Below are positions 11,417 to 21,897 of a DNA stretch of 64,000 nucleotides, piece after piece; position 1 is the stretch's first letter, and the number at the start of each line of letters is the position of its first letter. The notes under the pieces were generated by a model. The model did no database searches. It was not told the origin of the DNA and saw only the letters and a list, made by a program, of their open reading frames with translations. Source of the DNA: Antedon mediterranea (lineage: Eukaryota; Animalia; Echinodermata); contig NC_092678.1 of assembly GCF_964355755.1 (NCBI RefSeq), positions 6,464,422 to 6,528,421 of the forward strand, read 5' to 3'. Position numbers and translations under genes: made by a program.

Positions 11417-13669
11417 AGTGGAATACTTATTACTGATATTTCTGATCACTTCCCAATATTCTGTGTAGATACTTTGGAAAAACATAATAAGCAATATCCT
11501 CGATTTGTATATAAACGACAATACTCTCCTCAACAAACGGAGTATTTTTTGCAAGAATTACAAAGTAATCAGTGGAATGATGTGCTATTCTCAAATAATG
11601 CGAATGTTGCTTATCAAAATTTTACAAACACTTTAAATAAAACAATTGATAATTGTTTCCCTTTAAAACGATTTAGAAATAAGGCGAACAAGTTAAAATC
11701 TCCTTGGATCACAGCTGAAATTGCCAGAGCTATCTCTCAAAAACATAAATTATATAAAAAGTACAAACAAAATAACACCACTACTAATAAAAGTACGTAC
11801 ATACATTTTAGAAACAAGTTAACCACTACTATTAGAAATCGGAAAAAAGAATATTATATGGTCCAGTTTGAACGAAATAAACAAGATATTAAAAAAACGT
11901 GGACAATCCTAAATGATATAATGGGTAGGAAAAAGACTACCAATTTGCCTACAAAAATAAAATTGGGTACTGAGACTTTCTCTGATAATGATGAGAAAGC
12001 TGATGCATTCAACTCTTTTTTTATTAATATTGGAGAAAAACTAAATAATAAATTTAGGCATGAATCTCAAAATGAAGAAATCACCCACAGAACTTTCTTA
12101 AAGGGAAATTTTACCTCTTCAATGTTTTTTAAGCCTGTTACTGAACATGAACTTAACCACTATATTAAAAACACAAAGAATACTTCTCCTGGCCATGATG
12201 GTATAAGTGCCCAACTCATAAAATCTGCTTCCCCGTTTATTTTAAAACCTTTATTGCATATTATTAATACGTCATTATCATCGGGCTGTGTCCCGGCTGA
12301 TATAAAAATTGCTAAAGTTATCCCGGTATTTAAGAATGGTGACATCTCCGATATAAATAATTATCGGCCTATTTCCATTTTACCCTTTTTTTCCAAAATA
12401 TTTGAGAGGATTGTGTATGATCAAACGATTTGTTACCTCTCAAAATATAACGTACTGAGTAAAACACAGTATGGATTTAGACAACACCATTCAACTAGTC
12501 ATGCTTTAATACAATCGATTGAAAAAATCACAAACGCTATTGAGAATAAAGAGTTCACACTAGGAGTTTTCCTTGATTTATCAAAAGCGTTTGATACAAT
12601 CGATCATGATATATTATTAGATAAGTTAAGATTTTATGGTATAAGAGGAGTTCCGCTAAACTGGTTCTCAAACTATCTTAAAAAAAGACTACAATACACA
12701 TTTATTGTTAATACTGCATCTAGTAAAATGACAGTAAACACTGGAGTTCCTCAGGGATCCATATTGGGTCCATTATTATTTCTTATATTCATTAATGATA
12801 TTAGTCTAGCATGTAACCATGTAGACATGATTATGTATGCAGATGACACAAATGTGTTTTATAGTCACAATGATATTACTCAAGCTTTTGATACAATGAA
12901 CCAGGAGTTATCTATACTTTCGGACTGGTTTATTGCTAACAAATTAACGCTCAATGTAAACAAATCAAAATATGTTATATTTAAGGCTAGAAATAAGTCA
13001 GCTGACACTACCTCACTAGAATTGAGGATGGGAAATGAATGTATAGTAAAAGCTACTGAAGTTAAATTTCTAGGCTTATTTCTGGATGAAACTTTATCGT
13101 TTAATTATCATGTAAATGAGGTAGCAAACAGTATTTCTAGAATAATTGGTGTCTTAAACAAAGTGAAGTCTATGTTATCAAGTAAAATCTTGTTAACGGT
13201 ATACAATGCACTTATATTACCTAGAATAACGTATGCTATCACAGTATGGGGTGCTACTTCTGCTACAAACTTAAACCGTATACATATTCTCCAGAAAAAA
13301 GCACTTAGAAATATTTGTCATGTTCATTTTATGCATCCTTCTCATCCACTTTTTATTTCAACCCAAACATTAAATATTTTTGACCTTTATACGAAACACA
13401 CTGCTATATTTATGTATCAATATAAACATAATCTATTACCTGAATCATTTAATAACTTATTTAGTACATCTGCCTCATTCCATAATTACTCAACTAGAAA
13501 CAGGTCAAACTACTGTCCACAACTAAAACGCACCAAAGTCGGACAGCAATGTATTTCCTACCAAGGAACACATATTTGGAACAATTTAACAGACTATATA
13601 AAACAATCCCCCACTTTAAGTTTGTTTAAACAGAGATTAAAGCAATATTATAACAATAGAAATATTTAA
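11417..13669 (+). CDS. LINE ORF2 reverse transcriptase (N-terminally truncated, no true start codon)
   Basis: Motifs NYRPISILPFFSKIFE, QYGFR, FLDLSKAFDTIDH, GVPQGSILGPLLFLIFIND, YADD, KFLG, IWNNL; no stops or frameshifts over about 750 codons. Confidence 0.9.
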   Translation, partial: SGILITDISDHFPIFCVDTLEKHNKQYPRFVYKRQYSPQQTEYFLQELQSNQWNDVLFSNNANVAYQNFTNTLNKTIDNCFPLKRFRNKANKLKSPWITAEIARAISQKHKLYKKYKQNNTTTNKSTYIHFRNKLTTTIRNRKKEYYMVQFERNKQDIKKTWTILNDIMGRKKTTNLPTKIKLGTETFSDNDEKADAFNSFFINIGEKLNNKFRHESQNEEITHRTFLKGNFTSSMFFKPVTEHELNHYIKNTKNTSPGHDGISAQLIKSASPFILKPLLHIINTSLSSGCVPADIKIAKVIPVFKNGDISDINNYRPISILPFFSKIFERIVYDQTICYLSKYNVLSKTQYGFRQHHSTSHALIQSIEKITNAIENKEFTLGVFLDLSKAFDTIDHDILLDKLRFYGIRGVPLNWFSNYLKKRLQYTFIVNTASSKMTVNTGVPQGSILGPLLFLIFINDISLACNHVDMIMYADDTNVFYSHNDITQAFDTMNQELSILSDWFIANKLTLNVNKSKYVIFKARNKSADTTSLELRMGNECIVKATEVKFLGLFLDETLSFNYHVNEVANSISRIIGVLNKVKSMLSSKILLTVYNALILPRITYAITVWGATSATNLNRIHILQKKALRNICHVHFMHPSHPLFISTQTLNIFDLYTKHTAIFMYQYKHNLLPESFNNLFSTSASFHNYSTRNRSNYCPQLKRTKVGQQCISYQGTHIWNNLTDYIKQSPTLSLFKQRLKQYYNNRNI

Positions 13670-13870
13670 GTTAAGTAAATCACATTATGTTATTTTGGTT
13701 TGTTCTTTTTGTTTGTACTAATTGTTTGATCTTTTTGTTAGGGTTACATGCTTAAAGCACTTGTGCTTATTTTGTATCCCATTCCATTATCTTATTATTT
13801 GTATTGTATTTGTATATGTTTTTATTTTGATTATGGAATAAAAATGTCGATGAATTGAAAAAATTGAAAA
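11417..13870 (+). mobile_element. 5'-truncated non-LTR retrotransposon, L2/CR1 group (Crack/Daphne-like)
   Basis: Reading frame opens at 11417 with SGILITDISDHFPIF (end of APE endonuclease), continues through RT; 3' UTR hairpin at 13741-13780; AATAAA then short (AATTGA)-type tail. Confidence 0.92.
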
Positions 13871-15050
13871 GACCATTTTACAGTTTAAAAAAAGTTATAT
13901 GTTTCCATAGAAAAAAAAATGTATTAATGTTTTTGTCGGTTTGTTTAGAAGGTCAAAAGGTTAATAACCTTGTTTATTTCTCTTGTGCTGGTTTCTGTCC
14001 AGACAGCTGTCTGTAGCCAAGTAAATTTTGCTTTTTTAGGTTTCCAAAATGCCACAAGTTCTGCATGTAGGAATTTTAACGGCATCCCTATTTGAGGATT
14101 TCACCATTCTGTTATGTAGTACTAGTAGGAGTATTATCTGTAACAAAATTGAATTGTCTGCAGTCTTTCCTAGTGATAGTTATTTCTGGAGTCTTATTTA
14201 TACAGTATTATATATACTTACTTTTTACTTAGTCTGGAACATATCTGAACTTATAAATGATTTATATTTCTTGTTGAATGAACAAGGCAAAAATTAAATA
14301 CAGTTATTTTATTTTCAGTTTATACTGAGTATGATTTTAAGTCTTGCTTATAATTTTTACTATTGCTATTTTGGTCTTTAAAAAAAGTTAAAAATGTGTA
14401 AACTATTCCACGGTCAAAAGTGTGATGTAAACAGGAAGAATTTAAATGTAATAAATAGTTAAAATTTACAGATAATAGTTCCAATTTTGAGAACTTAATG
14501 ATCGAGGTGAGGGTTGCAGGAAATCCGAGATACATTTATATTGAAATCGGACACATTTAATTATTTTTAAAATTCACTTTACTATCGACATATGCTATTG
14601 TTCTAAAACTTGGTCAACAAAATGGTTAACTTATTACATTCTGTCAGATCGCATTGTATTAACATTGGAGAATTTTATTGTCCAAATTAGGCATAATTTG
14701 TCAGCGTTTGGGAACTTGACACTGTTGGGATACTACCTGTAATGAAACACGCTACAACTCGTCTGTTTCTCATTCAGATATTTTTAACAGCTAGGTAGTT
14801 AGGTGAAAATTATGTCAATTTTAAAGAATTAGTGTGGTATGTATGCGTTAATGCGTTTAGTAAGAAGGAGGTATTTGTCATACACCATACTGGTACTTTT
14901 TGAGTGTTAACACAAGTAAACTTATAACCTACAGGCCAAATCAAATTTTCTGAGTGAAAACATACAGGCTGACAACCTTTATAGGTCGATTCAAATTGTT
15001 CGTCCTGGTTTAACATATTGCCTACTGTATGTTCTCACTTACGGTAATAT

Positions 15051-15127
15051 ATAGTAGAACCTCCTCGTTTGGGACACCTCTATTAAGGGGACACCTATTA
15101 AATGGACGCCTCTATTAAGGGGACACT
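15051..15127 (+). mobile_element. Partial CAGTAGAACC-family MITE (left end with GGGACACCTCTATTAAG repeats)
   Basis: AGTAGAACCTC followed by four GGGACACC-type units. Confidence 0.55.
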
Positions 15128-15201
15128 GAAACAAACGAAGGCAATTTGTGTTTTAACACATTTATGACCAACTCACACCCTTTGTTTTGTTTTTCTTACA
15201 G

Positions 15202-15285
15202 CCCTGTACTGAAGAAAAGGAAATTAATTTAATATTGGAAAGAGATGATGGTAGTCTGGGCTTCAACATCATTGGAGGCAATGGG
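15202..15285 (+). CDS. PDZRN3: PDZRN3/4-family coding exon 2 (start of PDZ1)
   Basis: Polypyrimidine tract and TTACAG acceptor; PCTEEKEINLILERDDGSLGFNIIGGNG contains the PDZ GLGF-like loop; GTAGGT donor; 84 nt, phase 0-0, in frame with exon 1. Confidence 0.92.
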
Positions 15286-16568
15286 GTAGGTTAAACGGTA
15301 TTACTGTATTATGTATACCAATTCATGATAAAGGCAGAATAATCAGTGTCTTCTCTTAAATTGCGCACATGTGTGAATGACGACACGTACTGTACAGTAA
15401 CTGTCATCATCCCTAAGGGTTCTTTTGTGTCATACAGCTTCCACAAAATGGCGCTCATTCGTCTATTTTTTACAATAAAACTGGGTTCTTTAAAAGTGTG
15501 CACTAGCCAGATATGTACACTTGATCTTTTAAAGTCCTTATTCCAGAAATATGATAGAGAAGAGTCTTGAACCTGTGCAGATTTTAAGGCTATTGCGGCT
15601 AACACTCGGTCACTTGACTCAACAAAACTATAAAAGTCTGTCTACCCTTCCTTGTTTTAAAATATGTTCTTTGAACACTGATTTTTAACTTGATCATAAA
15701 CTACACCTGTAGGTAATCCCTCTGATCAATTATTCTTTTATGTTTTAACCTTCTGATGTATTTAGGTAAGGTTACACCTTAAACAGTTAGCCTTGGGGAT
15801 CAGCATTATATAAGAACAGAGGATTACAATACTGTTATTGTTATTCACAATTAAACCATATATATCTATCATCTCTTTCTAATTACAAAGTAGGTAAAGG
15901 TGAATGTATTTATTATCATCATTAAGCTTAACTGAAAACTGAGGAAATTTTGATTAGGTTCTATACGGATCCACAACAGCCAGCAGTGCAGCTCCTACAA
16001 GCCCACTGGAAATGGGATCTGAGTGTAAATAGGTTGAATGATACTTAGTGGCTCCCTCAAGAGACTCTAAGATGCTAACACAATGACCATTTTTTTGTTC
16101 CTTTTCATTTTCATCAATTTTCAAATTTTTACACAAAAACTCAATAACATATTTAAACAATTACAGCCATTTACTTGCAATAACAGTATGAATGTCTTGT
16201 TAGTTTGTCTATTGGTCCTATTCAATTTTAGGATTTAATGAAAAAATTCTATTATTAAAATAAACCTTACAAACAATATGTTGGTTTCACATAGGCTATT
16301 CCATGCATGAGTAATTAGGTCGGTTATTCCCCTTTCAGACTTGATGAATAAACACCTTGCTAATATTTGGCATGAATTGAGGTGCCATTGGCCACAGACC
16401 TACTTTGTGGCTTAAAAAATGTGTAAATTAAACATAAATTATTATCCCATCCTAATGTGTGGCCCTCAGTGGAATAACTATTAACCAAGAAATAAATAAA
16501 ATCCAGATTTGTGAACTAATAAGAGTTGTAAAAAAATTAGATTATTGACCTGTTACCTTTATTTCCTA

Positions 16569-16701
16569 AGATCTGTCTACACTATCAAAATGTGACACAA
16601 AAATGTGATGTGCCCATATAGGGACATGATGATGTCATATCACTACCATATTTTGGTACATCACACTTTTTTGTCAAACTAGTTTGATAGTGTAGACAGC
16701 T
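16569..16701. mobile_element. Short Harbinger-like MITE (CTGTCTACACTATCAAA TIR), copy 1
   Basis: CTGTCTACACTATCAAA / TTTGATAGTGTAGACAG; opposite-orientation copy at 50916-51076. Confidence 0.75.
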
Positions 16702-16867
16702 ACTTTTAAATTATAGCCATTTTATATGTATTGTTAACAATTTTGGTAAAGTACTCATTTTTAATAATGAAAACAAATTTCAACAGAATGTGAATTACTA
16801 TTTAAACAACTTTTGTCCGGATTGAATTGCCTTTGTACTGTATATATACAGTAATTGTTAATTTGTG

Positions 16868-16898
16868 CAGGGAGTTGTTATTAGATAACAACTCCCTG
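16868..16898. mobile_element. 31-bp TIR-only remnant with 7-bp TSD (probable P-superfamily excision footprint)
   Basis: ATTTGTG [CAGGGAGTTGTTAT TAG ATAACAACTCCCTG] ATTTGTG; perfect 14-bp arms and perfect 7-bp direct repeat. Confidence 0.7.
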
Positions 16899-17184
16899 AT
16901 TTGTGGATAGTTTGGCATCTGGTTTTTAGATAACTTTAGATTGGTATATCACTCATACTTTCATTAATTTCTTATTTTATATAATTTCGTCAAGTATACC
17001 TAGTAGTAGTAGTACACTGTACTGTTGTACCAAGTTATTTTCCTGAGATCTTTTTAGTTTTGCTGGAAATTTCTCTCTGAATGAGCAGCGTTGTTGGTTT
17101 CTTTTCTGTGTACCGAAGTAGTTATTGTTTATGCTGGTAAAATCTTAACCATATAAAAAAAAAATATAAAGATATTATTTTTTA

Positions 17185-17958
17185 CTGTTTTACAATAGTT
17201 TAGATGGTTAGAATCTTGGAAATATAATCTTCCAATTTAATGATTTACGAGGGTGAGAAGAACTGACAAGAAAACACACAAAGTGGTTTTGTTTAGGCTA
17301 CGACTTTGTTTAGCCAAGGGGAGGGAATGTTAATTAGACCACAACACTTTTAGCATTAATTTGCTAATAATATCAGTCAATTGTAGAAGATCCTTGCAAA
17401 GTTTCAATGTTTAATAAAAGTTCTGTTGATCCTAAAGATATTTATAATTGTCCTCAAAAACATGAAAAATAAAGATTTTATTTTGAATAGGCCATTTTGT
17501 ACAAAAAAAATGTTTTCAGGTGGGAAGTATCTTTACGTTGTTACTTCCATCTTTAATACTGACTGTTAGTTTTACAGTAGTTGTTTAGATGGTTAGAATC
17601 TTGGAAATATAATCTTCAAATTGAATGATTTACGAGGGTGAGAAGAACTGAAAAGAAAACCATGGATGAAGTTGTTTTGTTTAGGCTGCGACTTTGTTTA
17701 GCCAAGGGGAGGGAATGTTAATTAGACCACAACACTTTTAGCATTAATTTGCTAATAATATCAGTCAATTGTGGAAGATCCTTGCAAAGTTTCAATGTTT
17801 AACAAAAGTTCTGTTGATCCTAAAGATATTCATATTTGTCCTCAAAAACATGAAAAATAAAGATTTTATTTTGAATAGTCCATTTTGTACAAAAAAATGT
17901 TTTCAGGTGGGAAGTATCTTTACGTTGTTACTTCCATCTTTCATATTGACTGTTAGTG
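17185..17958. repeat. Tandem duplication, two units of about 385 bp
   Basis: TTTAGATGGTTAGAATCTTGGAAATATAATC at about 17199 and 17584; high identity across both units. Confidence 0.92.
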
Positions 17959-18442
17959 TAATAACAGCATTCCATATAGCCTAGTGTACTGTAGCATTTA
18001 TACAAATTTGTTGAATGTTGAAATATTACCAGCACTTGCCATGAAGGTTGTAAAGCCACTCAGATAATCACACAGGATCAGTGCCTCAAATATTACAGTT
18101 GCTTTACTAAGCGTGATAATGCCAGCTAATGGTTCGTTAATGATGTGATATCGTCGAAACATTCCGTGCATCGTAATCTGATGGATGCTGAGGTCATCGT
18201 TGTTGAACACATGGTTAATGTTAAAGAGTACAGTGGTTTTTAGTGTGAATAAATGCATGTTAAAAATAGTTTTTATGACAGTGTTAAGTTTGTCTGTTCA
18301 TCCCATTTTCAATTTTTTACTTACACGTTCTAACTTCATACAGAAATTCTAACCCTCCCAGTGATAATATTAATACTGCAAATTAATTTTAAATATTAAT
18401 ATATTTATGAATGATAAAGGTAAGGAAATCTGTGAGAAAAAA

Positions 18443-18516
18443 TCCACCTCAACCGAGATTCGAACTTGGATCTTCTGCTTGATATCTAGAGATTCTACCA
18501 TTAGTCCATAGTGTGG
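18443..18516 (-). other. Degenerate tRNA-like sequence (repeat-embedded), copy 1
   Basis: Minus strand TGGACTAATGGTAG (A box)...ATATCAAGCAGAAG...AGTTCGAATCTC (B box); homologous to 63070-63146. Confidence 0.55.
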
Positions 18517-19438
18517 TTCAAATTTGATTGGATGGCTTTCTCGGCGTGCACAACAAGAGGATTGTACGCAACGGTTGCATCGTTGTCTTGTATCGATACA
18601 AGGAAGAATTTCAATGTGGTTATTGCTATGGATTGTATTCAAATTATGGACATGAAACTTAATTTTTTTTTTATTTTGGCTATATCTGTCAGAATAAAGT
18701 TATATTGAGTATTGCTATACAGTGTATGTATAAACTTCAGAAAACTTACAGTGGTACCTTCATGTTTTTCATCTTGTTTTATTTTCTTTGTAACATAATA
18801 TATTAAAAATGATTTATGTCGTATTACTGTACATTGCAGACACAAGAATAGCTTCCTCAAATACCATTTACACTGTAATTTCATGGTTCACTTCAGCCTG
18901 GTCTCGGATTCCAATCTAGCTTTCTATTTCTTTAATAATATCAAGTTGTCTTACGAATGCTGTACCAATTCACTGATGTTATAAATATGTCAAACGCTAA
19001 ATGATTGAGCGAGATGGAGCTGATCTATGTTTTGTAAGAGTTTGCGCCAAGGGACATGATGATTTGGTTGATGCTTTGTGGAAAATATTTGTAGGGCATC
19101 AGAGAATATAGATAAAATCTGACTGTCTAATTAGGGTACAGGTATTTCTAAAACCTGCAAACCTACGAAAACTTGAATGTATTTTTAAAGTAGTGAAGTC
19201 ATATTTGTAAATTTTCTCAGAATTTGGTTCTTTAAAAAATGCCTGTTTTTTTTAAAACTTTTACCTTTACGACAGGAATATTATTTTTACTGTGATCTAA
19301 GTTCATAGATAAAAAGATAAAAACTTCATTTTATAAAGAATCAGAAGAAGGACACAAATAGAATCATTTAAAAAGATAAATAAGAATAAATTTAACATTA
19401 ATATTATGTCATTATCATGATTAAGTTCTTGGTGTATA

Positions 19439-21493
19439 CAGTACAGGACAGAATTATTGCAAAAATCCCAACGCATTCAACACGTTGTCGTTGCGTTGTG
19501 TTTGCGTTGCGTTGAACGGCTTTCAACGTTTAGTTGTTTATTCAACGAAAGTCATTATCAGCATGTCAAGTAAACAATTAGTTATTTCAACGCTAGCTGC
19601 TGCAGCACTAGACTGGCCGATTGCACGCCTGAACGATCAGTAACAACAACAGGCAAAATACCTATCGGCAGTCACTACCAGATATTTTAATATAAATAAA
19701 ATATATATGAAGCTTAGATATATTTTTAAGTATTGAACGGACAGTTACCAAATAAAACACACAGTGATATTTCCCAGTGTTTAGTGAAGGAAAACATCGA
19801 ATAATAAGGTCGATGCCAAGTCTAACAGTTAACACTGTACTGTAGGCCTTCCGGGGGAAAACACGATCTCACGTCGTAAAATCAAACAACGTGGAAATTA
19901 CTGACATCAACACACGAGGCCGCCACCCTGGTTTCCTCAAGAAAAACACCACGTGTGTTATGACGTATTTAACGATCGTTAATGACGACGAAGTAATTAA
20001 TTTTATTTAGGCCTACATTTTTTAGCTGTTCGAGATTCAAGAGATAAAGTTAAAATATTGTTTCTCTATTTTGGTTTTTATTTTATAATTGTCCCATTGT
20101 TTGTTGTAATGTAATTTGAAAGAACTAAAAAATTTGACGTGTCCGACACCCATGAACCAATTTAAATCTTTATAAATCGAACAACATTACATTTTTAAGT
20201 ACAAAAAGCGTTTTGAATACGTTAACAATAGAGCGTGTTGAATGTGTTGAACCCGTTGACCGTTCATTGACGACGTTAAACAATTGAATCCCATAGCGTT
20301 GAACGCGTTGAAAACGTTGCACGTTTTGAAAAGCATCACGCTGTAAACTGATTAAAATGTTGGCTGTTCGCTCGCATATTCTCGCAACTCCCATCCCATT
20401 CATACAGTTTCAGGAGGAGGCCAATATAATTATATTAAGAAACAAAACAATAGTATGTTAAAGAGAAAACGCCTAAACCTCGCCTGTAATAATATATTGT
20501 CTTGCATCAGAATAAAGTGGTTCTTTATTCTGAATTGTTTGGTTATTCAAATATTTGTGGGTTACACCTTGGCGTGAATAATAGGGTATGGCACAGGTTT
20601 TGATTTTAAAGAAAACGCCTAACATTGCCTATTGTCATCAAATTGGTCATTCCTATTTCTTGGTTATTATATTTAACGCTTTTCTCTGCATGGGTTACGT
20701 TAGGCATCACAATAATTAATTTATAATATAATACATGATAATGATATATTTATGGATAATAATAAAACTAAACGATTTTTTCCCTTTTAATTACGCGTTA
20801 TTTCATAATGAATGAACTCTTCACCTTTCGATCAGTTCGTCCCTCACGTCACGAAAAGCATGCGTGAAAAAGACGACGACCATGCTGGATCGTTATGTTG
20901 GTGGTGTATTGTTGCCTTCGATCCATGGCGGCGGGTGTAGGCTACGTTGTTTTTATAAATAATCGAGAAAAATGTAGTACAGTACTGCGAAGTTTTTAGT
21001 TTGGAAATAATTAATTACGATGTGACCTAGCCTCCAAGATTCACCGCCGCCTTAACTTTGGTATTTAATACTCCAGTTAATATAGGCACACAGTAATTGA
21101 GGACATGACCACTACTTTTAACTGCGATGGCAGACGCGGCTCATATACACACGGGGCCTACTCGTTAGTAGTAGGCCCAGCCTAGTGTAATATATTAAGC
21201 TAGGTTTCCGCGGAAAAATACACATTATGTTTGTTTTCTTAAATATTTGTAATACTGTATTTTATACTATTACTACTACTACTAATACACACTGGCAATC
21301 TGTAAATACCATACGAATCCGATTGTTCGTTATTTCAACGCAAACTCAACGCAACACATTGTGTTGGTTGAATAAACAGTTCAACGAACTCAACACTTTC
21401 AACGCCAACGGACAACGCAGTTTCAACGCGTTGTCAACACTTTAACAATGCGTTGAATGCGTTCAAAATCTGCAATAATTCTGTCCGGTACTG
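19439..21493. mobile_element. 2.06-kb non-autonomous Tc1/mariner-like element
   Basis: TIR CAGTAC(A/C)GGACAGAATTATTGCA at both ends, TA TSD (19437-38, 21494-95); clusters of CAACG/CGTTG motifs; no transposase ORF. Confidence 0.88.
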
Positions 21494-21739
21494 TAGTTCA
21501 TAGTCGATTTACAATAATATCCATTGGCCAGTAAAAACTACAACGGATCTTTTGTAAAAGAAAAAATATAATGTTTCAAACTTAATTTAGGCCATTAAAA
21601 ACTGGTTTACTGGTCTGGGGAACTAGTTTCTCCTTTAGGTTGTAGAATAGCACAAGATATTTTGCTGTTTTTCCCTTCAAAGTATAATTTAGAATGTTGT
21701 CATAACTGTAATTACAGTATTTCTTGTCGATGCTTTTAT

Positions 21740-21897
21740 TGTAGAACGTAATTTATTTATTTTTCTCTGTTCTGGGTTGACCAACTAGCATAGGTGTTTA
21801 GCACCTGTTTGGTCTTTCCGTGCCTCCTTTTATAATTGTTTTGTCTTCTTATGTTTATGGCAGAAATTGAATAAATAAAAAAAAAAAAAAAAAAAAA
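21740..21897 (+). mobile_element. 3' end of a retroposon (LINE 3' UTR hairpin and poly-A)
   Basis: Hairpin GACCAA..AGGTGT TTA GCACCT..TTGGTC, then AATAAA and an A run of about 20 nt; 5' limit uncertain. Confidence 0.55.

Noticed and set aside
11474-13669. RT as a retron, group II intron or defence-associated RT
   Set aside because: APE remnant, LINE-type RT motifs and the 3' hairpin and tail identify a non-LTR retrotransposon; the TTG start in the ORF track is not a real start.
15958-16032. Possible alternative exon VLYGSTTASSAAPTSPLEMGSECK* in phase with exon 2
   Set aside because: Weak acceptor, would break PDZ1, no recognisable homology.
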